A stretch of DNA of 64,000 nt from Escherichia coli O157:H7 (GTDB taxonomy: Bacteria; Pseudomonadota; Gammaproteobacteria; Enterobacterales; Enterobacteriaceae), in the NCBI RefSeq assembly GCF_013167455.1, contig NZ_CP038328.1; one strand, 5' to 3'. Position 1 is the first letter of the stretch, and every line of letters begins with the position of its first letter. The position numbers were made by a program, and so were the translations under genes. The notes beneath the pieces were generated by a model. It did no database searches. It had not been told where the DNA came from and saw nothing but the letters and a program-made list of their open reading frames with translations. Positions 1-14,559 of this stretch are shown here, one piece after another.

Positions 1-266
<266 letters not shown>

Positions 267-434
267 TCAAAATGTGTGATGGAAATCTCATAATTTTGTC
301 ACTTTTTGTCAACGAATCTTTTTTGTGAGAAATCGCAGGAAGAGGTGTTTTTTTACTTGAGGAATATCTCAAAGCGAGCCATATTTGATGAGATCGATAG
401 TGACTAAATCGCTTCAGTTTCACAACTGACAGAA

Positions 435-470
435 TAAAAAAACGGCAGCTCAAGGGCTGCCGTTTTGTGT
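435..470 (-). terminator. Rho-independent terminator downstream of bamD
   Basis: A 9-bp GC-rich stem, aacggcagc (441-449) / gctgccgtt (456-464), has a 6-nt loop. The A-run at 435-442 gives a U-tract on the minus strand. It lies 15 nt after the bamD stop. Confidence 0.8.
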
Positions 471-482
471 TTCAGGTTTCTG

Positions 483-1220
483 TTATGTATTGCTGCTGTT
501 TGCGGCGATGATTTTCGCTACTTTTTCAGCTTGCGCATTCATCTGCATCTGACGGTATGCATTTTCCATCAGCGGCAGCGCATCACGCGTAGCCTGGGTA
601 TCCGGGTAGTCGCGCAACATGCCTTCTACGCGGTTAACGACGGCAACCCATGCGCCACGTTCTGTATAGTACTCGGCCACGGAGTATTCATATTTCGCCA
701 GACGATCTTTCAGGAATACCAGACGTTTGGTGGCATCGGTGGTGTACTGACTGTTTGGATAGCCGCGCACCAGTTTGGAAAAGTCACTAAACGCAGCTCG
801 TGCATGTTGAGGATCGCGATCGCTACGGTCAACGCCAAAGAACCCTTGCAGCGCACTGTCATCCAGCGCCATATTGGTCAGGCCACGCATGTACATGACA
901 TAATCGATATTCGGATGGGTCGGGTTAAGGCGAATAAAACGATCGATGGCAGCCTGCGCTAACGGCAAATCGGCGTTTTTATAGTAGGCGTAGATGAGAT
1001 CCAGCTGCACCTGCTGCGAATACGGACCAAACGGATAGCGATTATCTAACGCTTCCAGTTGCGTTATTGCCTGTCTCCAGTTACCGTCCTGCAGCTTTTG
1101 TTGTGCAGTCGCGTAAATTTCATTTGGCGGATTATCAGGTACTTCTTCCTTTGACCCCGAGCAACCCGCCAAAAACAGGCTTAGTGTGGCGGCTGCCACC
1201 AGATATTTCATGCGCGTCAT
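483..1220 (-). CDS. bamD: Outer-membrane protein assembly factor BamD (lipoprotein, TPR-like)
   Basis: The 245-aa ORF has the lipobox LFLAGC|SG near the N-terminus. Sequence and length match remembered K-12 BamD/YfiO. Confidence 0.96.
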
Positions 1221-1354
1221 GACGTTTTGACTTTCCTCAAAATGTAATACGGGAGATTCTCTGTTCCTGCTCCCGGTTAAGACCAGCTACAATAGCACAC
1301 TATATTAAACGGCAAAGCCGTAAAACCCCAACGATAAACGAAGAAGCAGTATAT

Positions 1355-2335
1355 ATGGCACAACGAGTACAGCTCACTGCAACGGTGTCCGAAAACCAAC
1401 TCGGTCAACGCTTAGATCAGGCTTTGGCCGAAATGTTCCCGGATTATTCACGTTCGCGAATAAAAGAATGGATCCTCGACCAGCGCGTGCTGGTTAACGG
1501 CAAACTTTGTGATAAGCCGAAAGAAAAAGTATTGGGTGGCGAGCAGGTTGCCATCAACGCTGAGATTGAAGAAGAAGCGCGTTTTGAACCGCAGGATATC
1601 CCGCTGGATATCGTCTATGAAGATGAAGATATCATCGTCATTAATAAACCGCGCGATCTGGTGGTACATCCTGGCGCGGGTAACCCGGATGGCACGGTAC
1701 TGAATGCGTTACTTCATTACTATCCGCCCATTGCTGATGTACCGCGTGCAGGCATCGTCCATCGTCTGGATAAAGACACCACTGGCCTGATGGTTGTGGC
1801 AAAAACCGTTCCGGCTCAGACGCGTTTAGTCGAATCTTTGCAAAGGCGTGAAATTACTCGTGAGTATGAAGCGGTGGCAATTGGTCATATGACCGCTGGC
1901 GGTACAGTAGATGAACCAATCAGCCGCCACCCGACCAAACGTACTCACATGGCGGTGCATCCGATGGGCAAACCGGCGGTGACTCACTATCGCATCATGG
2001 AACACTTCCGTGTGCACACGCGTCTGCGGTTGCGTCTGGAAACTGGACGTACGCACCAGATCCGCGTGCATATGGCCCATATCACTCATCCGCTGGTGGG
2101 CGATCCGGTTTATGGTGGCCGTCCGCGCCCGCCAAAAGGTGCTTCGGAAGCGTTTATCTCCACGCTGCGTAAATTTGACCGCCAGGCGCTTCATGCAACC
2201 ATGCTGCGTCTTTATCACCCGATCTCCGGTATCGAAATGGAATGGCATGCGCCTATTCCACAAGATATGGTGGAGCTGATTGAGGTGATGCGCGCCGATT
2301 TCGAAGAGCATAAAGATGAAGTGGACTGGTTATGA
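1355..2335 (+). CDS. rluD: 23S rRNA pseudouridine 1911/1915/1917 synthase RluD
   Basis: 326 aa with an S4 domain N-terminus and the catalytic motif HRLDKDTTG. Divergent from bamD as in K-12. Confidence 0.96.
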   Translation: MAQRVQLTATVSENQLGQRLDQALAEMFPDYSRSRIKEWILDQRVLVNGKLCDKPKEKVLGGEQVAINAEIEEEARFEPQDIPLDIVYEDEDIIVINKPRDLVVHPGAGNPDGTVLNALLHYYPPIADVPRAGIVHRLDKDTTGLMVVAKTVPAQTRLVESLQRREITREYEAVAIGHMTAGGTVDEPISRHPTKRTHMAVHPMGKPAVTHYRIMEHFRVHTRLRLRLETGRTHQIRVHMAHITHPLVGDPVYGGRPRPPKGASEAFISTLRKFDRQALHATMLRLYHPISGIEMEWHAPIPQDMVELIEVMRADFEEHKDEVDWL

Positions 2336-3063
2336 GTAAGCTGATTGTCCCGCAGTGGCCGCTGCCAAAAGGTGTTGCGGCCTGTAGCTCTACTCGTATC
2401 GGCGGCGTGAGCTTGCCCCCGTATGACTCGCTCAACCTCGGTGCCCATTGTGGCGATAACCCGGATCACGTTGAGGAGAATCGCAAGCGACTTTTTGCTG
2501 CGGGCAATTTGCCTTCTAAACCGGTCTGGCTTGAGCAGGTACACGGCAAAGATGTGCTTAATCTTACTGGCGAACCTTATGCCTCAAAACGAGCAGATGC
2601 CTCTTATAGCAATACGCCCGGCAGGGTTTGCGCAGTGATGACTGCCGACTGCCTCCCTGTGCTGTTTTGCAATCGAGCGGGAACGGAAGTCGCCGCCGCT
2701 CATGCTGGCTGGCGTGGACTGTGCGCAGGCGTGCTGGAAGAGACAGTTTCCTGTTTTGCTGATAATCCAGAAAATATTCTCGCCTGGTTAGGGCCGGCAA
2801 TTGGCCCACGCGCGTTTGAAGTGGGGGCGGAGGTTCGCGAGGCGTTTATGGCAGTAGACGCCGAAGCGAGTACAGCTTTCATTCAGCATGGTGATAAGTA
2901 TCTGGCGGACATTTATCAGCTTGCCCGGCAGCGTCTGGCGAACGTGGGTGTTGAGCAAATTTTCGGCGGCGACCGTTGTACATATACGGAAAATGAGACT
3001 TTCTTCTCTTATCGTCGCGACAAGACCACCGGTCGTATGGCAAGTTTCATTTGGCTGATATAA
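2332..3063 (+). CDS. pgeF: Peptidoglycan editing factor PgeF / YfiH (DUF152, purine nucleoside phosphorylase-like)
   Basis: 243 aa. The start ATG overlaps the rluD stop (ATGA at 2332-2335), implying translational coupling. Matches remembered YfiH. Confidence 0.93.
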   Translation: MSKLIVPQWPLPKGVAACSSTRIGGVSLPPYDSLNLGAHCGDNPDHVEENRKRLFAAGNLPSKPVWLEQVHGKDVLNLTGEPYASKRADASYSNTPGRVCAVMTADCLPVLFCNRAGTEVAAAHAGWRGLCAGVLEETVSCFADNPENILAWLGPAIGPRAFEVGAEVREAFMAVDAEASTAFIQHGDKYLADIYQLARQRLANVGVEQIFGGDRCTYTENETFFSYRRDKTTGRMASFIWLI

Positions 3064-3125
3064 CCTAAAGAATCAAGACGATCCGGTACGCGTGATTTTC
3101 TTTTCACATTAATCTGGTCAATAAC

Positions 3126-3154
3126 CTTGAATAATTGAGGGATGACCTCATTTA
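3126..3154 (+). promoter_or_regulatory. Sigma-32 heat-shock promoter of clpB
   Basis: CTTGAA (3126-3131), a 14-nt spacer, then CCTCATTTA (3146-3154). This fits the sigma-32 consensus CTTGAAA-N13-14-CCCCATnT and lies ~40 nt upstream of the clpB ATG. Confidence 0.8.
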
Positions 3155-3192
3155 ATCTCCAGTAGCAACTTTGATCCGTTATGGGAGGAGTT

Positions 3193-5766
3193 ATGCGTCT
3201 GGATCGTCTTACTAATAAATTCCAGCTTGCTCTTGCCGATGCCCAATCACTTGCACTTGGGCACGACAACCAATTTATCGAACCACTTCATTTAATGAGC
3301 GCCCTGCTGAATCAGGAAGGGGGTTCGGTTAGTCCTTTATTAACATCCGCTGGCATAAATGCTGGCCAGTTGCGCACAGATATCAATCAGGCATTAAATC
3401 GTTTACCGCAGGTTGAAGGTACTGGTGGTGATGTCCAGCCATCACAGGATCTGGTGCGCGTTCTTAATCTTTGCGACAAGCTGGCGCAAAAACGTGGTGA
3501 TAACTTTATCTCGTCAGAACTGTTCGTTCTGGCGGCACTTGAGTCTCGCGGCACGCTGGCCGACATCCTGAAAGCAGCAGGGGCGACCACCGCCAACATT
3601 ACTCAAGCGATTGAACAAATGCGTGGAGGTGAAAGCGTGAACGATCAAGGTGCTGAAGACCAACGTCAGGCTTTGAAAAAATATACCATCGACCTTACCG
3701 AACGAGCCGAACAGGGCAAACTCGATCCGGTGATTGGTCGTGATGAAGAAATTCGCCGTACCATTCAGGTGCTGCAACGTCGTACTAAAAATAACCCGGT
3801 ACTGATTGGTGAACCCGGCGTCGGTAAAACTGCCATCGTTGAAGGTCTGGCGCAGCGTATTATCAACGGCGAAGTGCCGGAAGGGTTGAAAGGCCGCCGG
3901 GTACTGGCGCTGGATATGGGCGCGCTGGTGGCTGGGGCGAAATATCGCGGTGAGTTTGAAGAACGTTTAAAAGGCGTGCTTAACGATCTTGCCAAACAGG
4001 AAGGCAACGTCATCCTGTTTATCGACGAATTACATACCATGGTCGGCGCGGGTAAAGCCGATGGCGCAATGGACGCCGGAAACATGCTGAAACCGGCGCT
4101 GGCGCGTGGTGAATTGCACTGCGTAGGTGCCACGACGCTTGACGAATATCGCCAGTACATCGAAAAAGATGCTGCGCTGGAACGTCGTTTCCAGAAAGTG
4201 TTTGTTGCCGAGCCTTCTGTTGAAGATACCATTGCGATTCTGCGTGGCCTGAAAGAACGTTACGAATTGCACCACCATGTGCAAATTACTGACCCGGCAA
4301 TTGTTGCAGCGGCGACGTTGTCTCATCGCTACATTGCTGACCGTCAGCTGCCGGATAAAGCCATCGACCTGATCGATGAAGCAGCATCCAGCATTCGTAT
4401 GCAGATTGACTCAAAACCAGAAGAACTCGACCGACTCGATCGCCGTATCATCCAGCTCAAACTGGAACAACAGGCGTTAATGAAAGAGTCTGATGAAGCC
4501 AGTAAAAAACGTCTGGATATGCTCAACGAAGAACTGAGCGACAAAGAACGTCAGTACTCCGAGTTAGAAGAAGAGTGGAAAGCAGAGAAGGCATCGCTTT
4601 CTGGTACGCAGACCATTAAAGCGGAACTGGAACAGGCGAAAATCGCTATTGAACAGGCTCGCCGTGTGGGTGACTTGGCGCGGATGTCTGAACTGCAATA
4701 CGGCAAAATCCCGGAACTGGAAAAGCAACTGGAAGCCGCAACGCAGCTCGAAGGCAAAACTATGCGTCTGTTGCGTAATAAAGTGACCGACGCCGAAATT
4801 GCTGAAGTGCTGGCGCGTTGGACGGGGATTCCGGTTTCTCGCATGATGGAAAGCGAGCGCGAAAAACTGCTGCGTATGGAGCAAGAACTGCACCATCGCG
4901 TAATTGGTCAGAACGAAGCGGTTGATGCGGTATCTAACGCTATTCGTCGTAGCCGTGCGGGGCTGGCGGATCCAAATCGCCCGATTGGTTCATTCCTGTT
5001 CCTCGGCCCAACTGGTGTGGGGAAAACAGAGCTTTGTAAGGCGCTGGCGAACTTTATGTTTGATAGCGACGAGGCGATGGTCCGTATCGATATGTCCGAG
5101 TTTATGGAGAAACACTCGGTGTCTCGTCTGGTTGGTGCGCCTCCGGGATATGTCGGTTATGAAGAAGGTGGCTACCTGACCGAAGCGGTGCGTCGTCGTC
5201 CGTATTCCGTCATCCTGCTGGATGAAGTGGAAAAAGCGCATCCGGATGTCTTCAACATTCTGTTGCAGGTACTGGATGATGGGCGTCTGACTGACGGGCA
5301 AGGGAGAACGGTCGACTTCCGTAATACGGTCGTCATTATGACCTCTAACCTCGGTTCCGATCTGATTCAGGAACGCTTCGGTGAACTGGATTATGCGCAC
5401 ATGAAAGAGCTGGTGCTCGGTGTGGTAAGCCATAACTTCCGTCCGGAGTTCATTAACCGTATCGATGAAGTGGTGGTCTTCCATCCGCTGGGCGAACAGC
5501 ACATTGCCTCGATTGCGCAGATTCAGTTGAAACGTCTGTACAAACGTCTGGAAGAACGTGGTTATGAAATCCACATTTCTGACGAGGCGCTGAAACTGCT
5601 GAGCGAGAACGGTTACGATCCAGTCTATGGTGCACGTCCTTTGAAACGTGCTATCCAGCAGCAGATCGAAAACCCGTTGGCACAGCAAATACTGTCTGGT
5701 GAATTGGTTCCGGGTAAAGTTATTCGCCTGGAAGTTAATGAAGACCGGATTGTCGCCGTCCAGTAA
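3193..5766 (+). CDS. clpB: Protein disaggregase ClpB (Hsp100 AAA+), 857 aa
   Basis: Two Walker A motifs ([16 protein letters not shown]) and a coiled-coil middle domain. The track ORF starts 4 codons upstream at 3181. The ATG at 3193 ([10 protein letters not shown]) has the GGGAGGAG SD and gives the known 857-aa length. Confidence 0.97.
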
Positions 5767-5770
5767 TGAT

Positions 5771-5799
5771 AAAACGAGCCCTTCGGGGCTCGTTTTTGT
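5771..5799 (+). terminator. clpB intrinsic terminator
   Basis: aaaacgagccc-ttcg-gggctcgtttt: a perfect 11-bp stem with a tetraloop and T-run, 5 nt after the stop. Confidence 0.9.
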
Positions 5800-5880
5800 C
5801 TATAAGTTAGACGGAAAAGACTATATTTAAGATGTTTTGCCTGAAAAATGAGCGAACGATAAAGTTTTTATATTTTTCGC

Positions 5881-5908
5881 TTGTCAGGCCGGAATAACTC
5901 CCTATAAT
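5881..5908 (+). promoter_or_regulatory. rRNA operon promoter P1 (rrnG)
   Basis: TTGTCA (5881-5886), 16 nt, TATAAT (5903-5908), followed by a GC-rich discriminator gcgccacc. An A/T-rich UP-like tract (aaagtttttatatttttcgc) lies immediately upstream. Confidence 0.85.
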
Positions 5909-5999
5909 GCGCCACCACTGACACGGAACAACGGCAAACACGCCGCCGGGTCAGCGGGGTTCTCCTGAGAATTCCGGCAGAGAAAGCAAAAATAAATGC

Positions 6000-6027
6000 T
6001 TGACTCTGTAGCGGGAAAGCGTATCAT
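6000..6027 (+). promoter_or_regulatory. rRNA operon promoter P2 (rrnG)
   Basis: TTGACT (6000-6005), 16 nt, TATCAT (6022-6027), then the discriminator gcacaccccgcgcc typical of rrn P2. Confidence 0.75.
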
Positions 6028-6064
6028 GCACACCCCGCGCCGCTGAGAAAAAGCGAAGCGGCAC

Positions 6065-6077
6065 TGCTCTTTAACAA
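6065..6077 (+). promoter_or_regulatory. rrn leader boxA antitermination element
   Basis: TGCTCTTTAACAA is an exact match to the rrn boxA consensus, located between P2 and the 16S 5' end. Confidence 0.9.
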
Positions 6078-6208
6078 TTTATCAGACAATCTGTGTGGGC
6101 ACTCGAAGATACGGATTCTTAACGTCGCAAGACGAAAAATGAATACCAAGTCTCAAGAGTGAACACGTAATTCATTACGAAGTTTAATTCTTTGAGCATC
6201 AAACTTTT

Positions 6209-7750
<1,542 letters not shown>

Positions 7751-7835
7751 CCTTAAAGAACTGTACTTTGCAGTGCTCACACAGATTGTCTGATAGAAAG
7801 TGAAAAGCAAGGCGTCTTGCGAAGCAGACTGACAC

Positions 7836-7911
7836 GTCCCCTTCGTCTAGAGGCCCAGGACACCGCCCTTTCACGGCGGTAACAGGGGTTCGAATCCCCT
7901 AGGGGACGCCA
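7836..7911 (+). tRNA. gltW: tRNA-Glu (anticodon UUC) in the 16S-23S spacer
   Basis: GTCCCCTTCGTCTAGAGGCCCAGGACACCGCCCTTTCACGGCGGTAACAGGGGTTCGAATCCCCTAGGGGACGCCA. The 76-nt cloverleaf has a TTC anticodon and an encoded CCA. Confidence 0.98.
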
Positions 7912-8104
7912 CTTGCTGGTTTGTGAGTGAAAGTCGCCGACCTTAATATCTCAAAACTCATCTTCGGGTGATGTTTGAGATATTTGCTCTTTAAAAATCT
8001 GGATCAAGCTGAAAATTGAAACACTGAACAACGAAAGTTGTTCGTGAGTCTCTCAAATTTTCGCAACATGATGATGAATCGAAAGAAACATCTTCGGGTT
8101 GTGA

Positions 8105-11007
<2,903 letters not shown>

Positions 11008-11099
11008 ACAACGCCGAAGGTGTTTTGGCGGATGAGAGAAGATTTTCGGCCTGATACAGATTAAATCAGAACGCAGAAGCGGTCTGATAAAACAGAATT

Positions 11100-11219
11100 T
11101 GCCTGGCGGCCTTAGCGCGGTGGTCCCACCTGACCCCATGCCGAACTCAGAAGTGAAACGCCGTAGCGCCGATGGTAGTGTGGGGTCTCCCCATGCGAGA
11201 GTAGGGAACTGCCAGGCAT
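11100..11219 (+). rRNA. rrfG: 5S ribosomal RNA (120 nt)
   Basis: TGCCTGGCGGCCTTAGCGCGGTGGTCCCACCTGACCCCATGCCGAACTCAG...GGGAACTGCCAGGCAT. Confidence 0.98.
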
Positions 11220-11230
11220 CAAATTAAGCG

Positions 11231-11258
11231 AAAGGCCATCCGTCAGGATGGCCTTTTT
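11231..11258 (+). terminator. rrnG operon terminator
   Basis: aaaggccatcc-gtca-ggatggccttttt: an 11-bp stem plus T-run directly after 5S. It resembles the rrnB T2 hairpin. Confidence 0.9.
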
Positions 11259-11275
11259 GCGTTGGTGAAAAAAAT

Positions 11276-11301
11276 GCCTGATGCGACGCTGCGCGTCTTA
11301 T
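11276..11301. repeat. REP (repetitive extragenic palindromic) unit, partial or diverged
   Basis: gcctgatgcgacgctgcgcgtcttat matches the canonical GCCTGATGCGACGCT..GCGTCTTATC REP core. Confidence 0.7.
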
Positions 11302-11539
11302 ACTCCCACATATGCCAGATTCAGCAACGGATACGGTTTCCCCAACTTGCCTACTTCCATACGTGTCCTCCTTACCAGAAATTTATCCTTAAGCTCCTCA
11401 ATAACCATTTTCCTGCTAACTAAATTCATGGTTAAGGTTGCATAATGATACGTAACAAATGTATAACATTTTCTTTGCCAAAAGAAATAAACAAAAGCGA
11501 CCGACAAAAGCATCGGATTACGGCAGGAGACATAATGGC

Positions 11540-12838
11540 ATGGCTGAAAGTACTGTAACGGCAGACAGCAAACTGACAAGTAGTGATACTCGTCGCCGCA
11601 TTTGGGCGATTGTGGGGGCCTCTTCAGGTAATCTGGTCGAGTGGTTCGATTTCTATGTCTACTCGTTCTGTTCACTCTACTTTGCCCACATCTTCTTCCC
11701 TTCCGGGAACACGACGACTCAACTACTACAAACAGCAGGTGTTTTTGCTGCGGGATTCCTGATGCGCCCAATAGGCGGTTGGCTATTTGGCCGTATAGCC
11801 GATAAACATGGTCGCAAAAAATCGATGCTGCTATCGGTGTGTATGATGTGTTTCGGCTCACTGGTAATCGCCTGTTTGCCTGGTTATGAAACAATCGGTA
11901 CGTGGGCTCCGGCATTATTGCTTCTCGCGCGTTTATTTCAGGGATTATCCGTTGGCGGAGAATATGGCACCAGCGCCACCTATATGAGTGAAGTTGCCGT
12001 TGAAGGGCGCAAAGGTTTTTACGCATCATTTCAGTATGTGACGTTGATCGGCGGACAACTGCTAGCCCTACTGGTTGTCGTGGTTTTACAACACACCATG
12101 GAAGACTCTGCACTCAGAGAGTGGGGATGGCGTATTCCTTTCGCGTTAGGAGCTGTGTTAGCTGTTGTGGCGTTGTGGTTACGTCGTCAGTTAGATGAAA
12201 CTTCGCAACAAGAAACGCGCGCTTTAAAAGAAGCTGGATCTCTGAAAGGATTATGGCGCAATCGCCGTGCATTCATCATGGTTCTCGGTTTTACCGCTGC
12301 GGGCTCCCTTTGTTTCTATACCTTCACCACTTATATGCAGAAGTATCTGGTAAATACTGCGGGAATGCATGCCAACGTGGCGAGTGGCATTATGACTGCC
12401 GCATTGTTTGTATTCATGCTTATTCAACCACTCATTGGCGCGCTGTCGGATAAGATTGGTCGCCGTACCTCAATGTTATGTTTCGGTTCGCTGGCAGCCA
12501 TTTTTACCGTTCCTATTCTCTCAGCATTGCAAAACGTTTCCTCGCCTTATGCCGCTTTTGGTCTGGTGATGTGTGCCCTGCTGATAGTGAGTTTTTATAC
12601 ATCAATCAGTGGAATACTGAAGGCTGAGATGTTCCCGGCACAGGTTCGCGCATTAGGCGTTGGTCTGTCATATGCGGTCGCTAATGCTATATTTGGTGGT
12701 TCGGCGGAGTACGTAGCGTTGTCGCTGAAATCAATAGGAATGGAAACAGCCTTCTTCTGGTATGTGACCTTGATGGCCGTGGTGGCGTTTCTGGTTTCTT
12801 TGATGCTACATCGCAAAGGGAAGGGGATGCGTCTTTAG
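11540..12838 (+). CDS. kgtP: Alpha-ketoglutarate:H+ symporter KgtP (MFS), 432 aa
   Basis: 12-TM MFS protein. The start at [11 protein letters not shown] (ATG 11540) reproduces the 432-aa K-12 length. The track ORF extends 27 codons upstream. Confidence 0.95.
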   Translation: MAESTVTADSKLTSSDTRRRIWAIVGASSGNLVEWFDFYVYSFCSLYFAHIFFPSGNTTTQLLQTAGVFAAGFLMRPIGGWLFGRIADKHGRKKSMLLSVCMMCFGSLVIACLPGYETIGTWAPALLLLARLFQGLSVGGEYGTSATYMSEVAVEGRKGFYASFQYVTLIGGQLLALLVVVVLQHTMEDSALREWGWRIPFALGAVLAVVALWLRRQLDETSQQETRALKEAGSLKGLWRNRRAFIMVLGFTAAGSLCFYTFTTYMQKYLVNTAGMHANVASGIMTAALFVFMLIQPLIGALSDKIGRRTSMLCFGSLAAIFTVPILSALQNVSSPYAAFGLVMCALLIVSFYTSISGILKAEMFPAQVRALGVGLSYAVANAIFGGSAEYVALSLKSIGMETAFFWYVTLMAVVAFLVSLMLHRKGKGMRL

Positions 12839-13158
12839 TGACGGGTCAGTTGCCAGACGGTATAGCCGGTGCTTGCACCGGCGACATCCCAGGCCAAATC
12901 CTTCCAGCTCCAGCCGCTCCCTTCGGGGCGGCTATCCCAAAACTCTTTTGACGCCCCCAAACTGACAGAGAACATCAAACCAAACATGGCACTGCGATCC
13001 CGGCTCATCCCCTGATGCTGTGAATATTCATTTCCGGCGGCGGAAAGCATCGCCGAGGCGATAAAGTGTTGAGCTTTATCCTGCCCGCTCCAGCTATCGT
13101 TAGCCATATGGCTGCATCCAGAAAGTAACAATAGCGAACAGACAAAAAGAATACGCAA
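12835..13158 (-). CDS. yfiM: Lipoprotein YfiM (DUF2279), 107 aa
   Basis: Lipobox LLLLSGC|S. TTG start at 13158, 7 nt downstream of a GGAGG SD. The stop overlaps the kgtP stop region (convergent 4-bp overlap at 12835-12838). Confidence 0.85.
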   Translation of the reverse strand: MRILFVCSLLLLSGCSHMANDSWSGQDKAQHFIASAMLSAAGNEYSQHQGMSRDRSAMFGLMFSVSLGASKEFWDSRPEGSGWSWKDLAWDVAGASTGYTVWQLTRH

Positions 13159-13167
13159 AACGTGGCC

Positions 13168-13200
13168 TCCAAAAAACAAACCCCGTACAGGACGGGGTTG
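13168..13200 (-). terminator. Hairpin plus U-tract immediately after pssA
   Basis: Stem ccccgt (13181-13186) / acgggg (13192-13197). The A-run at 13171-13180 gives tttgtttttt on the minus strand. It sits between the pssA stop (13204) and the yfiM SD, so it is probably a partial terminator or attenuation point. Confidence 0.65.
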
Positions 13201-13203
13201 TGA

Positions 13204-14559
13204 TTACAGGATGCGGCTAATTAATCGGTCGATGCGGATACGGCGCAAACGGCGGATGAGTTTACGAACCTTCACCGGATAATCGGCAATACTTTGCAGA
13301 TCGCGATAGTGCTTAACGATGGTGGTATGCTCGCGGATCAGCTCCAGTTCTTTCTCTCGCTGCGGCGCAAGCTCCAGTTGTGGATCGTGGATCAAAATGG
13401 CGTTTTCCAGATCCAGACGCCAGGCGCGCGGGTTCAGGTTATTACCGGTGATCAACATCCACTTATCATCAACCCACATCCCTTTTAGGTGATAGGTGTT
13501 GTCGTCATCTTTCCATAACCGAACCACTAGCTGGTCAGTATTGACGTAATACTGCAAACGGCTCAGGAAACGACGCAGATTGATCTCATAGAGATAAGGC
13601 AATGCGCCAATTATCTTGAAAGGTTCATCTTCCGGAATGTAGAAGTCGTTCGCGGTTTTATCACCAACAATAATTTCGACCTTTTTCCCTTCGCGCAGCA
13701 ACTGGATAATATTGCGCACAAGGATTGCTGGCAGGTTGAAGTATGGCGTACAGATGGTTAGTTTCTGCTCGGCACAAGGCATAAGATGGAAAATGGTCTT
13801 GTTCAACAGACTCGATTTCCCCAGCCCCACTAGCGGCGTTACGGAAAGCTGATCGTTGTCGGCATCGCCCTGGAAATGATAAGCGGCATCACGCAGCTCC
13901 TGGCGGAACAGACGAATATCGTTCTTGATTTCCGGGCTTTTTGGCCGATTAACATCATCCAGACGATTAACGCCGCGGCCATTCATAATATTCTGTGTAA
14001 CCCATTCAAACATAATGTCTGACATCTTACGGTTACGGATAAGATGATAACGGTCGTAGCGATATTTATCGTGCTGATGCAGGTAAACATCGTTCAGGCT
14101 GGCACCGCTATAAAGTACGCTATCGTCGATGATAAAGCCTTTAAAGTGCAGAACACCAAGGGCTTCACGGGTATTGATTGGAACGCCATAAACCGGAACA
14201 TCTACGCCCGGATTTTCCTGCGCCATGCGACAGTACCAGTCAGCGTTAGTGTTAGATGCCGCAGCGCCAATGCGTCCACGTTGTGCACGATGCCAGTCGA
14301 CCAGCACCCGCACATCCAGTTCCGGACGCTGCCTTTTAGCTTCATACAACGCGTTCAGAATGCCTTTGCCACCGTCATCCTGTTCGAGATACAGGGCGAC
14401 AATGCAAATGCGCTGCTTCGCGCTGGCTATTTTTTCCAGCAGCGTCTCCCGGAAGTCGGCGGGAGCGTAAAAGAAATCGACATCATCAACTGATTGAGAA
14501 ATCTTGGGTAGTTGGGCAAGGTGTTGTTGATGTTTATTACGCTTAAATTTTGACAACAT
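13204..14559 (-). CDS. pssA: Phosphatidylserine synthase PssA (PLD superfamily), 451 aa
   Basis: Two HKD motifs (HFKGFIIDD and HLKGMWVDD). The ATG at 14559 gives the 451-aa K-12 length. The track start is a GTG one codon upstream. Confidence 0.96.
   Translation of the reverse strand: MLSKFKRNKHQQHLAQLPKISQSVDDVDFFYAPADFRETLLEKIASAKQRICIVALYLEQDDGGKGILNALYEAKRQRPELDVRVLVDWHRAQRGRIGAAASNTNADWYCRMAQENPGVDVPVYGVPINTREALGVLHFKGFIIDDSVLYSGASLNDVYLHQHDKYRYDRYHLIRNRKMSDIMFEWVTQNIMNGRGVNRLDDVNRPKSPEIKNDIRLFRQELRDAAYHFQGDADNDQLSVTPLVGLGKSSLLNKTIFHLMPCAEQKLTICTPYFNLPAILVRNIIQLLREGKKVEIIVGDKTANDFYIPEDEPFKIIGALPYLYEINLRRFLSRLQYYVNTDQLVVRLWKDDDNTYHLKGMWVDDKWMLITGNNLNPRAWRLDLENAILIHDPQLELAPQREKELELIREHTTIVKHYRDLQSIADYPVKVRKLIRRLRRIRIDRLISRIL

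Noticed and set aside
1221-1354. A GGAAC motif (rc of 1261-1267) looked like a sigma-E -35 element for bamD, a known sigma-E regulon member.
   Set aside because: No TCnAA -10 element lies at the required 16-nt spacing. The only TCAAA abuts the start codon, so I cannot place the promoter from sequence.
3064-3213. Possible RyfD sRNA in the pgeF-clpB spacer. I recall a K-12 annotation overlapping the clpB 5' end.
   Set aside because: Nothing in the sequence distinguishes an independent sRNA from the sigma-32-driven clpB leader (there is no separate terminator), and my recollection of the coordinates is weak.
6022-6027. The rrnG P2 -10 hexamer reads TATCAT, and the upstream spacer reads gggaaagcg, where I remember TATTAT and gggaaggcg for rrnB P2.
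   Set aside because: I cannot verify from memory whether rrnG P2 normally differs from rrnB P2 or whether this is a strain polymorphism. An alignment of the seven rrn P2 regions would be needed, so this is too uncertain to report as a finding.
7836-7911. Checked the tRNA gene as a possible genomic-island integration site, and scanned the whole window for integrases, IS ends, direct-repeat arrays (CRISPR) and long A/T-rich foreign segments.
   Set aside because: gltW is embedded in the rrnG spacer with normal flanks. No integrase, transposase, repeat-spacer array or unexplained insert is present anywhere in the 64 kb. Gene order is uninterrupted relative to K-12.
11298-12113. A 271-aa minus-strand ORF antisense to kgtP.
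   Set aside because: As a whole it is an antisense shadow of kgtP. Only its last 20 codons, which have their own ATG and consensus SD, are retained as a separate finding.
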